From Porticoccaceae bacterium (lineage in GTDB: Bacteria > Pseudomonadota > Gammaproteobacteria > Pseudomonadales > Porticoccaceae): a DNA stretch of 64,000 nucleotides. The notes beneath the pieces are model-generated. The model was given only the letters and a program-made list of their open reading frames with translations, was not told the DNA's origin and searched no databases. The stretch lies in the NCBI GenBank assembly GCA_041600415.1, contig JBFIKF010000004.1:208327-272326 (forward strand), read 5' to 3'. Position numbers and translations under genes: made by a program. Positions 27,673-44,182 of this stretch are shown in pieces; positions within the stretch are counted from its first letter, which is position 1; each line of letters opens with the position of its first letter.

Positions 27673-28539
27673 ATGTCAAAAATTGATCATCGAGCAGATT
27701 TGTTTACCGCTGTGCAACGACTCCTGCCCCAACATACCCTGTCCCGACTACTGGCTCGATTAGCGAACACCCGTTCGCCGGCGATCAAAAATTTTCTGAT
27801 CAGGCAGTTTGTGCGCCATTATCAGGTTGATCTCGCCGAAGCGAATCCATCTGAGTCGGAGCGCTATGCCACCTTTAACGATTTTTTCACACGGGCACTG
27901 CAGCCTGATGCGCGAACCGTGAATAACGAACCCCAGTCCTTAGTCAGTCCTGCGGATGGCGTTGTCAGCCAGATCGGGAGCGTCCAACAAGGCCGATTAC
28001 TACAAGCCAAAAATCACACTTACTCGGTGCGGGAACTGCTTGGCGGGGACAGGCAACAGGCTCAAAGCTTTGCCAACGGCGCGTTTGCGACTATTTACCT
28101 GTCGCCGCGTGATTACCATCGCGTGCATATGCCCCTGGCAGGACGACTGGTCGCGACCCATTACGTGCCCGGCAGTTTATTTGCTGTCAACGCAGTGACT
28201 ACACGCGGCATCCCGGGCCTGTTTGCCCGCAATGAGCGGCTGGTGTGTACATTCGCCACCGAGATTGGCGAGATGGTTATGGTGCTGGTAGGGGCCATGT
28301 TCGTGGCCGGTATCGAGACCGTATGGAAAGCCCATTACCAGCCACAAATAGATCATCGGGAAACATTTTCGACCCACAACTCGGGCATCACGACTTTCGC
28401 CAAAGGCGCCGAAATGGGTCGCTTTAAATTCGGGTCGACGGTGATCATGTTGCTGCCGCCCGCGGTCGCGTGGCAGGAGCGTTTCGCCCCCGGTAACAGC
28501 GTGCGGGTGGGAGAAAAACTGGGGAGTTTCCAGGCCTGA
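27673..28539 (+). CDS. psd: Phosphatidylserine decarboxylase proenzyme
   Basis: YLSPRDYHRVHMP and the self-cleavage site FKFGSTVI. Confidence 0.93.
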   Translation: MSKIDHRADLFTAVQRLLPQHTLSRLLARLANTRSPAIKNFLIRQFVRHYQVDLAEANPSESERYATFNDFFTRALQPDARTVNNEPQSLVSPADGVVSQIGSVQQGRLLQAKNHTYSVRELLGGDRQQAQSFANGAFATIYLSPRDYHRVHMPLAGRLVATHYVPGSLFAVNAVTTRGIPGLFARNERLVCTFATEIGEMVMVLVGAMFVAGIETVWKAHYQPQIDHRETFSTHNSGITTFAKGAEMGRFKFGSTVIMLLPPAVAWQERFAPGNSVRVGEKLGSFQA

Positions 28540-28540
28540 C

Positions 28541-28569
28541 GGAACAAAAAACCCGGGGCAAAGCCCCGG
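28541..28569 (-). terminator. Intrinsic terminator for the minus-strand HD-GYP gene
   Basis: 7-bp GC stem CCGGGGC(28553-28559)/GCCCCGG(28563-28569) with a 3-nt loop. On the minus strand it is followed by GTTTTTTGTT. Confidence 0.6.
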
Positions 28570-28602
28570 TGGGGAGGGTTACTTAAGCGACTGATTCTGT
28601 TT

Positions 28603-29994
28603 TTATCTTTCCGTAACAAGACCTTTCAGGCCCGCCAGAAAGCTTTTCTTTTTGTTCACTTCGGCCTGAATAAACAGACTCGAAATCGCCGTGAGATCAA
28701 CATCGTAACCGGTGGGCTCCAGATCCCGGGCAATCGCCACCTTGGCAACATTCATCACGCTTTCCCGACCATTCTCCATCAGTAGCCTGCGGGATTCCTG
28801 TTCGTCTTTGAGATCTACCAGCACGCAGTTGCCGCCGAGAGTGGTCTCCTCCTGATCGAGCACCGCGATTTGCGGCATCAGACGGGACTGGGGGTGCTGC
28901 TCTATCACCACGCCAATATCACCCGTCGTCAACTCCACCAACGTGCCGGTAGGATAAAGACCGATGGATTGAATAAATTTAACCACCAGATCTTCCTGAA
29001 ACTGATTATTCCTCATGTTGTACAGCAAGCTAACCGCCCGCGACGGAGCCACTGGTTCAACGGCCTCGCGGGGATTTGAAATGGCATCGTAAGTGGTGGC
29101 AATACCGGCGATACGTGCCAACAACGGAATTTTGTTGCCTGCCACCCCCTCCGGATATCCGCTACCATTGTGGCGCTCACAGTGATAGCGCACCACCGAT
29201 ATCACCCGCGGCTCCACCTGGCGGCTCTGGCGCAACATTTCAACACCCTGTTCCACGAAGCTGCGGTATTCCAACTCTTCTTCCTGTGAGCGGTTAACGC
29301 TGCGCAGCACAGCGTTGGACACCTTCAGCTTACCGATATCCTTGAGCAGAGTGCCCATGCATAAAATGCTGATTTCTTCCTTGGCCATTCCGATAAAACG
29401 CGCGAACTGCACTGCCCACAGCGCCGAACGCAGGCTGTGATCGTGGGTGTGCTGGTCTTTCTGGCGCAGGCGGATCAACCAGGTAAACGCGTCGGGACAA
29501 CGGATCACGCTGTCGACCATGTCGTCGACATCGGCTTTAAGCTTGCCGTAATCAGCCGATTTGCCCTTGGCGATCTGTTTTGAAACCAGCGTCAGGTTAC
29601 CTTTTAGATGACTCACAATCGCTTTGGCACGAGGTACCTCAGCCTTGAGTGGAATAGTGGTCTCGTAGATACCCTTGCGCACCACGATCGCGCTCGGGGC
29701 GAACCCTGCAGAGTCATCTTTTTTTGAAATATTGCTCTTTGACAGGAATTTATATTGGGGACTCGATTTCTGGGATTTGGCATCCAGCGACCCCAGCTGC
29801 AGCGGCGCCTTGCCTTTGGTGATATCAATGTAAACGTTGCTGCAGTAGGCTTTCAGCGACGTGATATCCTGAGGCGTGCGCACATGAAAACCCTGCAACG
29901 GGAACGGCGTCTGCGCCCAGGGACGATCCAGCTTGGAAACAAACATTCCACTGGTTAAGTCTTCGACGCTGATTTGTACTTGTTTAATCGCCAT
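28603..29994 (-). CDS. HD-GYP domain protein (putative c-di-GMP phosphodiesterase) with an N-terminal DUF3391-like domain
   Basis: HDHSLRSAL, LLKDIGK and HCERHNGSGYPEG. I prefer the start at 29994 (MAIKQVQISVEDL). Confidence 0.8.
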   Translation of the reverse strand: MAIKQVQISVEDLTSGMFVSKLDRPWAQTPFPLQGFHVRTPQDITSLKAYCSNVYIDITKGKAPLQLGSLDAKSQKSSPQYKFLSKSNISKKDDSAGFAPSAIVVRKGIYETTIPLKAEVPRAKAIVSHLKGNLTLVSKQIAKGKSADYGKLKADVDDMVDSVIRCPDAFTWLIRLRQKDQHTHDHSLRSALWAVQFARFIGMAKEEISILCMGTLLKDIGKLKVSNAVLRSVNRSQEEELEYRSFVEQGVEMLRQSRQVEPRVISVVRYHCERHNGSGYPEGVAGNKIPLLARIAGIATTYDAISNPREAVEPVAPSRAVSLLYNMRNNQFQEDLVVKFIQSIGLYPTGTLVELTTGDIGVVIEQHPQSRLMPQIAVLDQEETTLGGNCVLVDLKDEQESRRLLMENGRESVMNVAKVAIARDLEPTGYDVDLTAISSLFIQAEVNKKKSFLAGLKGLVTER

Positions 29995-30145
29995 ACTTAA
30001 TCTTCCTTCTGATCCGCACCCGCTCACACTTGCGGGTACCGGTCGACTCATTTGTGAGTTAAGAATAAGCCTTCGGCAGGGGTTTGCAAGGCGCGATGCT
30101 CGACCGGTTCAATCTGGCGACAAACGTTATAACTTACTGTAACGG

Positions 30146-31207
30146 CTAGTGAAATTTCTCAGACAATCTGTGAACTGCGTCAACAAACAGTCCGGCTTTG
30201 TGCGGGTCGATATCCGGCGTAATTCCGTGCCCGAGATTGAACACATGGCCGTTTGCCGAACCAAAACTGGTCAGAATGGCCTCTACCTCTGCCTCAATGA
30301 CTGCAGCTGGCGCCCGTAAGATTGCCGGATCCATATTGCCCTGCAAGGCTACCCGGCCGCCTATCCGTCGACGCGCCTGGCCAATATCCACGGTCCAGTC
30401 GACGCCCACCGCATGACATCCGGTATCGGCTATAAGCTCCAGCCAGGGGCTGGCCCCTTTGGTAAACAGTATCACCGGTACCGGTCGACCCTCGGCCTCC
30501 CGGGTGAGCCCGCGAACGATACGGGCCATGTATTGTAACGAAAAATTCTGGTACGCACGGTGGCTGAGCGCACCACCCCAAGTGTCAAACACCTGTACCG
30601 CCTGGGCACCTGCGGCTATCTGCGCGTTGAGATAATTAACCACCGCGTCCGCCAGTCTGGCAAGCAGAAGGTGCAGTAGCTCGGGCTGGCTGTAAAGTAG
30701 CGCTTTTGTCCTGGCAAAATCCCGACTACTACCCCCTTCGATCATATAGGTGGCAAGGGTCCAGGGACTGCCGGAAAAACCGATTAACGGTACCCGCCCG
30801 TTCAATTCCCGACGAATCAAACGCACCGCATCCAGCACATAGGGCAGATCCACCGGGGTGTTCAACACCGGCAGATATTCAATATCTTTAGGGGTAGCTA
30901 ACGGTTTGCGAAAACGCGGTCCCTCGCCCTCCTCGAAATATAATCCGAGCCCCAGCGCGTCGGGGATTGTCAGAATATCGGAAAACAAAATAGCCGCATC
31001 AAGGGGATAGCGCTCAAGCGGTTGTAGCGTGACTTCACAGGCCCGTTCCGGGTTTTGGCACAGCGACATAAAATCCCCAGCCTGCTCCCGCGCGGCGCGA
31101 TATTCCGGCAAATAGCGACCGGCCTGACGCATCATCCACACCGGTGTCACATCGACCGGTTGGCGCATCAACGCACGTAACAAGCGATCGTTTCTTAACT
31201 CACTCAT
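30146..31207 (-). CDS. hemE: Uroporphyrinogen decarboxylase
   Basis: [16 protein letters not shown] signature, 353 aa. Confidence 0.95.
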   Translation of the reverse strand: MSELRNDRLLRALMRQPVDVTPVWMMRQAGRYLPEYRAAREQAGDFMSLCQNPERACEVTLQPLERYPLDAAILFSDILTIPDALGLGLYFEEGEGPRFRKPLATPKDIEYLPVLNTPVDLPYVLDAVRLIRRELNGRVPLIGFSGSPWTLATYMIEGGSSRDFARTKALLYSQPELLHLLLARLADAVVNYLNAQIAAGAQAVQVFDTWGGALSHRAYQNFSLQYMARIVRGLTREAEGRPVPVILFTKGASPWLELIADTGCHAVGVDWTVDIGQARRRIGGRVALQGNMDPAILRAPAAVIEAEVEAILTSFGSANGHVFNLGHGITPDIDPHKAGLFVDAVHRLSEKFH

Positions 31208-31303
31208 AAGCAGATTCTTTGGTAAACGGAAAGGTTTTAGCGGCCAGAATCCGTTGTTCCTGGTTGCGCGCGCACACGAATGATCTGCCCCCTCAGAGCG
31301 CTA

Positions 31304-37215
<5,912 letters not shown>

Positions 37216-37431
37216 AAGAAACTCTAATTAATACAGGAAGTTAAATGACCAAAACGCACCCCAGGGACGGTGCGATGAGGCAAAAGGAGGGACATTTTAC
37301 ACGCCGGATGACAGTGGGACAAATCAATAAAGCATTTGGCCGCTGAAGGCACCAGAAAGCGCCAGCTACGCCGCAATAGCTCACAGCTATGGCTCTGTTG
37401 CTTAATTACTCGCTCGACGATCCGCAGCGCA

Positions 37432-38511
37432 CTAACCAATCCACTGCGCCAGTGTGGCTCGCAATAAATCGGGATCGTAATCAGCTGTCACTTGGCCGTC
37501 GCCGATGCCCCGCAACAGCACCAGACGCAGTACGCCATTTTGCGCCTTTTTGTCCACCGCCATCAACGACAGAAATTGCTCGACGGTGATTCCCGCTGGC
37601 GGCGCAGTTGGCAATCCAGCGCATTCGATAAGTGTGGTGATCGCGTCCGCTTCACTTGGCCTTAACCAGCCCAGGGCCTGGGAAAATTGCGCAGCCATAA
37701 CCATGCCTGCCGCCACCGCTTCGCCGTGTAGCCAGGCGCGATAATTCTGTGCAGTCTCGATGGCGTGTCCAAAGGTGTGCCCCAGATTAAGTAGTGCGCG
37801 CTGTCCCCCCTCTCGCTCGTCGGCACTGACGATGTCGGCCTTCGCCCGACAGGAGCGGATGATGGCCTCGACCAGCAGATCGCTATGTCTCTCCAGCAGG
37901 CCGTTCATATTGTCCTGCAACCAGGTAAAAAATGTTGCGTCCGCCATCAATCCATATTTGATCACTTCCGCCAGTCCTGAACGAAACTCCCTGTCCGGCA
38001 AGGTGGTCAGCGTATCTGTGTCTGCAATCACTGCCTGCGGTTGATGAAAGGCACCGATCATGTTTTTGCCGAGCTGGTGATTAACCGCTGTTTTACCGCC
38101 CACCGAGGAATCCACCTGCGCAAGCAGAGTCGTCGGCACCTGGATAAAATCGACGCCCCGTTGATAGCAGGCAGCGGCGAAACCAGTAACATCGCCAACC
38201 ACACCGCCGCCCAGTGCGACCAGGGTCGTGGAGCGTTGATGGCCACAGGAAAGCAGTTTGTCAAAAATAACGTTCAGCGTGTCTAACGTTTTGAATTGTT
38301 CGCCATCGGGCAAAATACATCGATCCACTTTTTTATCCGCCAGGCGATCGACAACCTGTTGCAGATACAGCGGTCCCACGGTGTCATTGGTAACCACCAG
38401 CACTTGGCTACCGCGAATATATTGGCTGAACAGATCCTTGCGGTTGAGCAGCCCCGGACCCACAAAAACGGGGTAACTGCGAACACCAAGGTCAACGGTT
38501 AACGTGCGCAT
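37432..38511 (-). CDS. aroB: 3-dehydroquinate synthase
   Basis: [41 protein letters not shown]. Confidence 0.95.
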   Translation of the reverse strand: MRTLTVDLGVRSYPVFVGPGLLNRKDLFSQYIRGSQVLVVTNDTVGPLYLQQVVDRLADKKVDRCILPDGEQFKTLDTLNVIFDKLLSCGHQRSTTLVALGGGVVGDVTGFAAACYQRGVDFIQVPTTLLAQVDSSVGGKTAVNHQLGKNMIGAFHQPQAVIADTDTLTTLPDREFRSGLAEVIKYGLMADATFFTWLQDNMNGLLERHSDLLVEAIIRSCRAKADIVSADEREGGQRALLNLGHTFGHAIETAQNYRAWLHGEAVAAGMVMAAQFSQALGWLRPSEADAITTLIECAGLPTAPPAGITVEQFLSLMAVDKKAQNGVLRLVLLRGIGDGQVTADYDPDLLRATLAQWIG

Positions 38512-38549
38512 GAAATTTCGATATTAAAAAAAGTACGTACTCTAGCATA

Positions 38550-39074
38550 TCAATCTGTGGCAAGGGTTATCTTGTCCGCCAATTCCTCAGCTACCTGAGC
38601 TGGGCTTTGTTTTTGACTGCAAAAAACCAGATCGGCCACCTCCCGGTACAACGGGTCCCGCTCCTGCAATATATGCTCGATGGCCTTGCGCCGGTCCGCA
38701 ACCTGCAACAGGGGGCGACGGGTGTCCTGACGCGTGCGCTCGTAAAGATCATCGACCCCTACGGCGAGATACACCACATATCCGCTTGCGCTTAAAAGAC
38801 GGCGGTTCTCCGGGCTAACCACCACCCCACCACCGGTAGCCAGGACAATGTTATTTTTTGTTAGTACCTCACCCAGTAGCGCGGTTTCCCGCTGCCGAAA
38901 ACCCTTTTCCCCTTCCACATCGAAAATCCACGGAATATCCGCCCCGCAACGGGCTTCAATTTCATGGTCGAGATCAAGGAATTGTTTATTGAACAGACGC
39001 GCGAGGTGTCTACCGATGGTGGTCTTGCCGGCCCCCATGGGACCGACAAGAATTACATTGCCCTGCGGGCTCAT
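38550..39074 (-). CDS. aroK: Shikimate kinase
   Basis: P-loop GPMGAGKTTIGR, 174 aa. The start overlaps the pilQ stop. Confidence 0.93.
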   Translation of the reverse strand: MSPQGNVILVGPMGAGKTTIGRHLARLFNKQFLDLDHEIEARCGADIPWIFDVEGEKGFRQRETALLGEVLTKNNIVLATGGGVVVSPENRRLLSASGYVVYLAVGVDDLYERTRQDTRRPLLQVADRRKAIEHILQERDPLYREVADLVFCSQKQSPAQVAEELADKITLATD

Positions 39075-41236
39075 CTATCGAGTAGCGCATCGTTTATAAT
39101 TCTGGGAGTAATGAAAATCAGGATTTCCCGCTTGTCGCGGCGATCGATTTTATTGCGGAACAAGTTTCCTACCAACGGAATATCCCCCAGCAGTGGCACC
39201 TTGTCCACGAAATTTTCTTCTTCCATTTCAAAAATGCCACCAAGCACCAATGTCTGACCATCACCAACCAGCGCCTGGGTAGTCACGTCGGTGATGTTAA
39301 TTCTCGGCTCACCACCGCCTTCGACCTCCTGCACAGAATCCTTCGAAACGAGGAGATCCATAATAACGCGGTTGTCCGGCGTTATTTGCGGTGTTACTTC
39401 CAATTTCAACACCGCCTCCTTAAATTCGACATCCGTTGCGCCGCTCGATGTCTGTGATCGATAGGCGATCTCCGTACCGGCCCTGATCACCGCTTTTTGC
39501 TTATCTCCGGTAAGTACTTTGGGTTGTGACACAACCTCCAGGACACCGTCGTTCTGTGCCGCGCTCAATTCGAGGTCGATAAAGGTGTTATTAGTCAGCA
39601 GCTCAAGAGCAAATCTTCCGCTCGGATTTGCCACACCCAGATCGACCGCAAGTGCATCGTCATTTACCAGGATAGTTCCCCCGGAACCTCCAAAATTTTC
39701 AATCGGGTTATTCGGGCTGGAAAAGTTTTCAAGCGACCCGCCAAAACCCAGTTGCCCATTGCCGGGATTACGCAACCCCTGAGCACCCCAGCGCACGCCG
39801 ATTTCCTTGCGAAACTCGGTGCTTGCGATAATGATACGGGCCTCGATTTCCACCTGGCGAATCGGAATATCGATTTCTCGCACTAACCGACGGAATTCGG
39901 CAATTTTTTCCTCCACATCCGTCAGAATAATCGTGTTGGTACGCTGATCCACAATAGCAGTACCGCGCTCGGATAAAATACTCGACGTTGCGCCCTTATT
40001 CGCGCCGCCGCTGCTACCCCCTCCTTTTTTAACATCAAACAACTCAAACAGTTTGCCAGCATCGGCGTAGCGTATACGCACAAACTCAGTGACCAATGGG
40101 GCCAGCTCAATGAGTTGCTTGTTAGCCTCCACCTGAAGTCGCTCCCGCTCGGCTATTTCCACCGCTGGCGCCACCATCAGCACATTGCCTTCCTGGCGTT
40201 TATCCAGCCCCTTGGCTTTCAACACGATGGCCAGCGCCTGATCCCAGGGGACATTTTCCAGCCGCAAGGTAATATTACCGGTGACCGTATCGCTGGCCAC
40301 CAGATTAAGGTCGGTGAAATCGGCGATTAGCTGCAATACCGAGCGCACCTCAATATCCTGAAAATTCAGCGACAGCTTTTTACCTACAAAAGCAAACTTA
40401 TTCTGCCGCTCTTCCTGCTCCGCTCGGGTCAGTGGTTTAACGCTGACCACATATTGACCGTCGGCCTGGTAGGCCTGGTAATCGTATTCGCCAGAGACTG
40501 TAAGCGTGATGGTTGTAGTGCCATCGTTAGCCACGCTATCGATCACGGATACGGGTGTCGCAAAATCAAGCACATCCAGTTTGCGGTCCAGATATTCCGG
40601 AAGGGATGTGCGGAAAAATTTAAGCACAATATTTTTACCCTGCTGGGCAATATCCACTTCTGTTTTTGGGTTAGCGAGGGTCACTGTCAACATACCCTCG
40701 CCTTTTTCACCCCGCTTAAAATCGATATCGGTGACACCACCAGTGGCAGAGCGCGACGCCCCCGGAGCTGACCGCTTTATTGACGCGTGGTCACCACCGG
40801 CCACCGCGCCAGCATTCCCACCGCCAACATTAAGGGAGGCAATATTGCCAGCCATTTGCACCGCGTAAGGTGCCGCCTGTTTGAGATTAACGATAACCCG
40901 CGTGCGATCCCCCGCGGTCAGCACTACTACACTTTGCGCATTTTCAAACGGCAATGCATATTTTTTTTCAGTTAATGTACTTTGCGCCCCTTCAAAATCG
41001 AGCACAACCCGAGCGGGGTTGTCGATACTGTACACTTTTGGCTCGGGAACGTTTTCCGAGAACACCATTTGTATTTCAAATTTGTCACCGGGGAGTGCAG
41101 CAAACTTGATGTCATCCAACGTGCCCGCCGTAGCCCCGCTGGATAGAATCAAAACCAGGTTAAGCATGGCCAGAGCCACCAGTTTTTGCGTCAGCGCCAT
41201 ATACCTTTTCATACCTGCTACCCTAAGATGCGTCAT
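39071..41236 (-). CDS. pilQ: Type IV pilus secretin PilQ
   Basis: Signal peptide, AMIN-like N-terminal repeats, secretin C-terminal domain (VPLLGDIPLVGNLFR), in pilMNOPQ context. Confidence 0.93.
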   Translation of the reverse strand: MTHLRVAGMKRYMALTQKLVALAMLNLVLILSSGATAGTLDDIKFAALPGDKFEIQMVFSENVPEPKVYSIDNPARVVLDFEGAQSTLTEKKYALPFENAQSVVVLTAGDRTRVIVNLKQAAPYAVQMAGNIASLNVGGGNAGAVAGGDHASIKRSAPGASRSATGGVTDIDFKRGEKGEGMLTVTLANPKTEVDIAQQGKNIVLKFFRTSLPEYLDRKLDVLDFATPVSVIDSVANDGTTTITLTVSGEYDYQAYQADGQYVVSVKPLTRAEQEERQNKFAFVGKKLSLNFQDIEVRSVLQLIADFTDLNLVASDTVTGNITLRLENVPWDQALAIVLKAKGLDKRQEGNVLMVAPAVEIAERERLQVEANKQLIELAPLVTEFVRIRYADAGKLFELFDVKKGGGSSGGANKGATSSILSERGTAIVDQRTNTIILTDVEEKIAEFRRLVREIDIPIRQVEIEARIIIASTEFRKEIGVRWGAQGLRNPGNGQLGFGGSLENFSSPNNPIENFGGSGGTILVNDDALAVDLGVANPSGRFALELLTNNTFIDLELSAAQNDGVLEVVSQPKVLTGDKQKAVIRAGTEIAYRSQTSSGATDVEFKEAVLKLEVTPQITPDNRVIMDLLVSKDSVQEVEGGGEPRINITDVTTQALVGDGQTLVLGGIFEMEEENFVDKVPLLGDIPLVGNLFRNKIDRRDKREILIFITPRIINDALLDR

Positions 41237-41778
41237 TATTTAGTCTCCTTGATAGCCAGGGTCCGGGGCCGCTCTACCCAGCCATCCTTGCCATCCGGCA
41301 CGATCTCTTTCACTTCTACTCGGGTGTCGCTTACGGACACGACAAAGCCATGATTTTTTCCCAGGTACTGGCCGGGTTTAACCCGATGTACCCGCCCCTG
41401 ACCGTCGTCAATCAGCGACCATTTAACACCATCCTGCTCCACCGAACCCACCATGGTAAACGCGGCGAAATTAAATCGCTCCAGATATTCTTTTTTGCGA
41501 TTCTCGTCGGGTTTAACCGTAGCCTTCCCAGCCGTCGGTCCCGCGTCTTTTAGCTGCAGCGGTTTTTCAAACGGACTGCGCAGTGCCACCACACCATACT
41601 TAAAGGACTGGTAGGGATGAAACGTCGGTAAAGGTTGAATTTCTCCCACTGGCTCACTGCGCGATTTTTCCACAAACCGCACCAGATCACCGTGCTCCCG
41701 ACTTCCGCTACAGCCAGCCAGGACAGCCAGCGCGCACAGGATTAATGCCACTTTTTCAATCGCCGTTACCATGCGCAT
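41236..41778 (-). CDS. pilP: Type IV pilus lipoprotein PilP
   Basis: Lipobox LAGCSG, 180 aa, position between pilO and pilQ. Confidence 0.85.
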   Translation of the reverse strand: MRMVTAIEKVALILCALAVLAGCSGSREHGDLVRFVEKSRSEPVGEIQPLPTFHPYQSFKYGVVALRSPFEKPLQLKDAGPTAGKATVKPDENRKKEYLERFNFAAFTMVGSVEQDGVKWSLIDDGQGRVHRVKPGQYLGKNHGFVVSVSDTRVEVKEIVPDGKDGWVERPRTLAIKETK

Positions 41779-41781
41779 GAC

Positions 41782-42396
41782 TTATTCTTCCTGCCCTTTA
41801 TAGCGGTAGGTTTTGGCGTCTATCTCGAACACCAGGCGATGATCGCCGTCGTTGGCTTTCATGGAATAGTTATGCAGTGTGACGATGCGCGGCAGCCCGG
41901 CAACACCGCTGACAAAGGTTCCCACGTCGTGATACCCGCCCTCGGCAACAATTTTTATCGGCAGTTCAACGTAAAATTCCGCGACTTTTTCCGGTTGCAG
42001 TGAGATCGTCTTGATCTCCAGACTACTGCCATAACCCAGTTCGGTAATGTCCTCCAGTAAGCCCGGGACTTCGGTGTCACTCGGTAACTGGGCCAGCAAA
42101 GCGCCAAAGGACTTTTCAACCTGTTCCATTTGTGCGCGGTAGGCGTCGAGGTTGGCGGCCTCAAACGCCTTGGTCTGATAAGTCGCCTTCAGCTCTTTTT
42201 CCATGCCCGCCACGCGATTAAATTCCATTTTCAAATCCTGGACGTGGAAAAAATATCCCCCAGCCAGCAACGCACAAAATACTGCAATTACCAATAGAAT
42301 TCGCACTCCCAGCGGCCACACGCCGATGGTGTCAAACTCCAGTTCGTCAAAATTTATATCCTTGAGGCCCAGCGTATCAAGCAACGCCATGATCAC
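41782..42396 (-). CDS. pilO: Type IV pilus assembly protein PilO
   Basis: Single TM segment plus coiled coil, operon position, 4-nt overlap with pilN. Confidence 0.85.
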   Translation of the reverse strand: MIMALLDTLGLKDINFDELEFDTIGVWPLGVRILLVIAVFCALLAGGYFFHVQDLKMEFNRVAGMEKELKATYQTKAFEAANLDAYRAQMEQVEKSFGALLAQLPSDTEVPGLLEDITELGYGSSLEIKTISLQPEKVAEFYVELPIKIVAEGGYHDVGTFVSGVAGLPRIVTLHNYSMKANDGDHRLVFEIDAKTYRYKGQEE

Positions 42397-42965
42397 ACCT
42401 CTCCATTGTCTTTCAGCACCGGATCGGGCGCACGCAACTTGACTTGCATTTCGAAGCGACTCCCCTGTTCCCCAAGGGTTTCGTCAGCTTCAACCTTGGT
42501 CAGGTTGGGGTCTTTAAACTTCGGGGAGTCATTCAGCTTTCTCATCAGTGCCGAGATGCGATTATTGGATTCTGCAAAACCGGTTAGCGAGATATTGTCC
42601 CCCGCCCGAATCATTCCGGAGAAAAAGACGCCATCCGGTACGGAACGTACAAATTCGTCGAACAACTTGACGGTTTCAGGACGATTGCTCTGCAAACCCT
42701 GGATGACCGTCATACGCTCCAGCATTTCCTGAAGCCGAGTTTTTAGCTCATTAATTTCCTTAACTTCTTTATCCAGCTTGGCGGTTTCTGTACGCAAAAA
42801 TTCGTTGCGACTCATCTGGTTATCGATATTGCCCGTAACCCAGCGATCCCAGACCAGGATTGCAAACAGTGCACCGAATACAACCCCGCCGAGCACGATC
42901 AGAAATTCGCGCTTTTTCTCTTCGCGATGGGCTTCTCGCCAGGGAAGTAAATTAATCCTTGCCAT
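42393..42965 (-). CDS. pilN: Type IV pilus assembly protein PilN
   Basis: MARINLLPWRE N-terminal motif and a TM segment. Confidence 0.88.
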   Translation of the reverse strand: MARINLLPWREAHREEKKREFLIVLGGVVFGALFAILVWDRWVTGNIDNQMSRNEFLRTETAKLDKEVKEINELKTRLQEMLERMTVIQGLQSNRPETVKLFDEFVRSVPDGVFFSGMIRAGDNISLTGFAESNNRISALMRKLNDSPKFKDPNLTKVEADETLGEQGSRFEMQVKLRAPDPVLKDNGEV

Positions 42966-42967
42966 GA

Positions 42968-44044
<1,077 letters not shown>

Positions 44045-44182
44045 CTAATTCCCGTAGTTATGCCAAGCAGATAATAAACCACTTTAACTAATTATCGCAA
44101 CTTTGCAAGTGTATTGTTGCACACTTACCGCTATATAATAGCCGGGCCTAATTACTTCGCCACTGATCATATCAAGGTCGTA

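Noticed and set aside
37251-37268. Hairpin GCACC/GGTGC upstream of gltB, which on the minus strand is followed by GUUUUGG. I considered it as the aroB terminator.
   Set aside because: It has only a 5-bp stem and lies about 35 nt from the gltB start codon, leaving no room for a gltB promoter. It is more likely part of the gltB 5' UTR or a chance structure.
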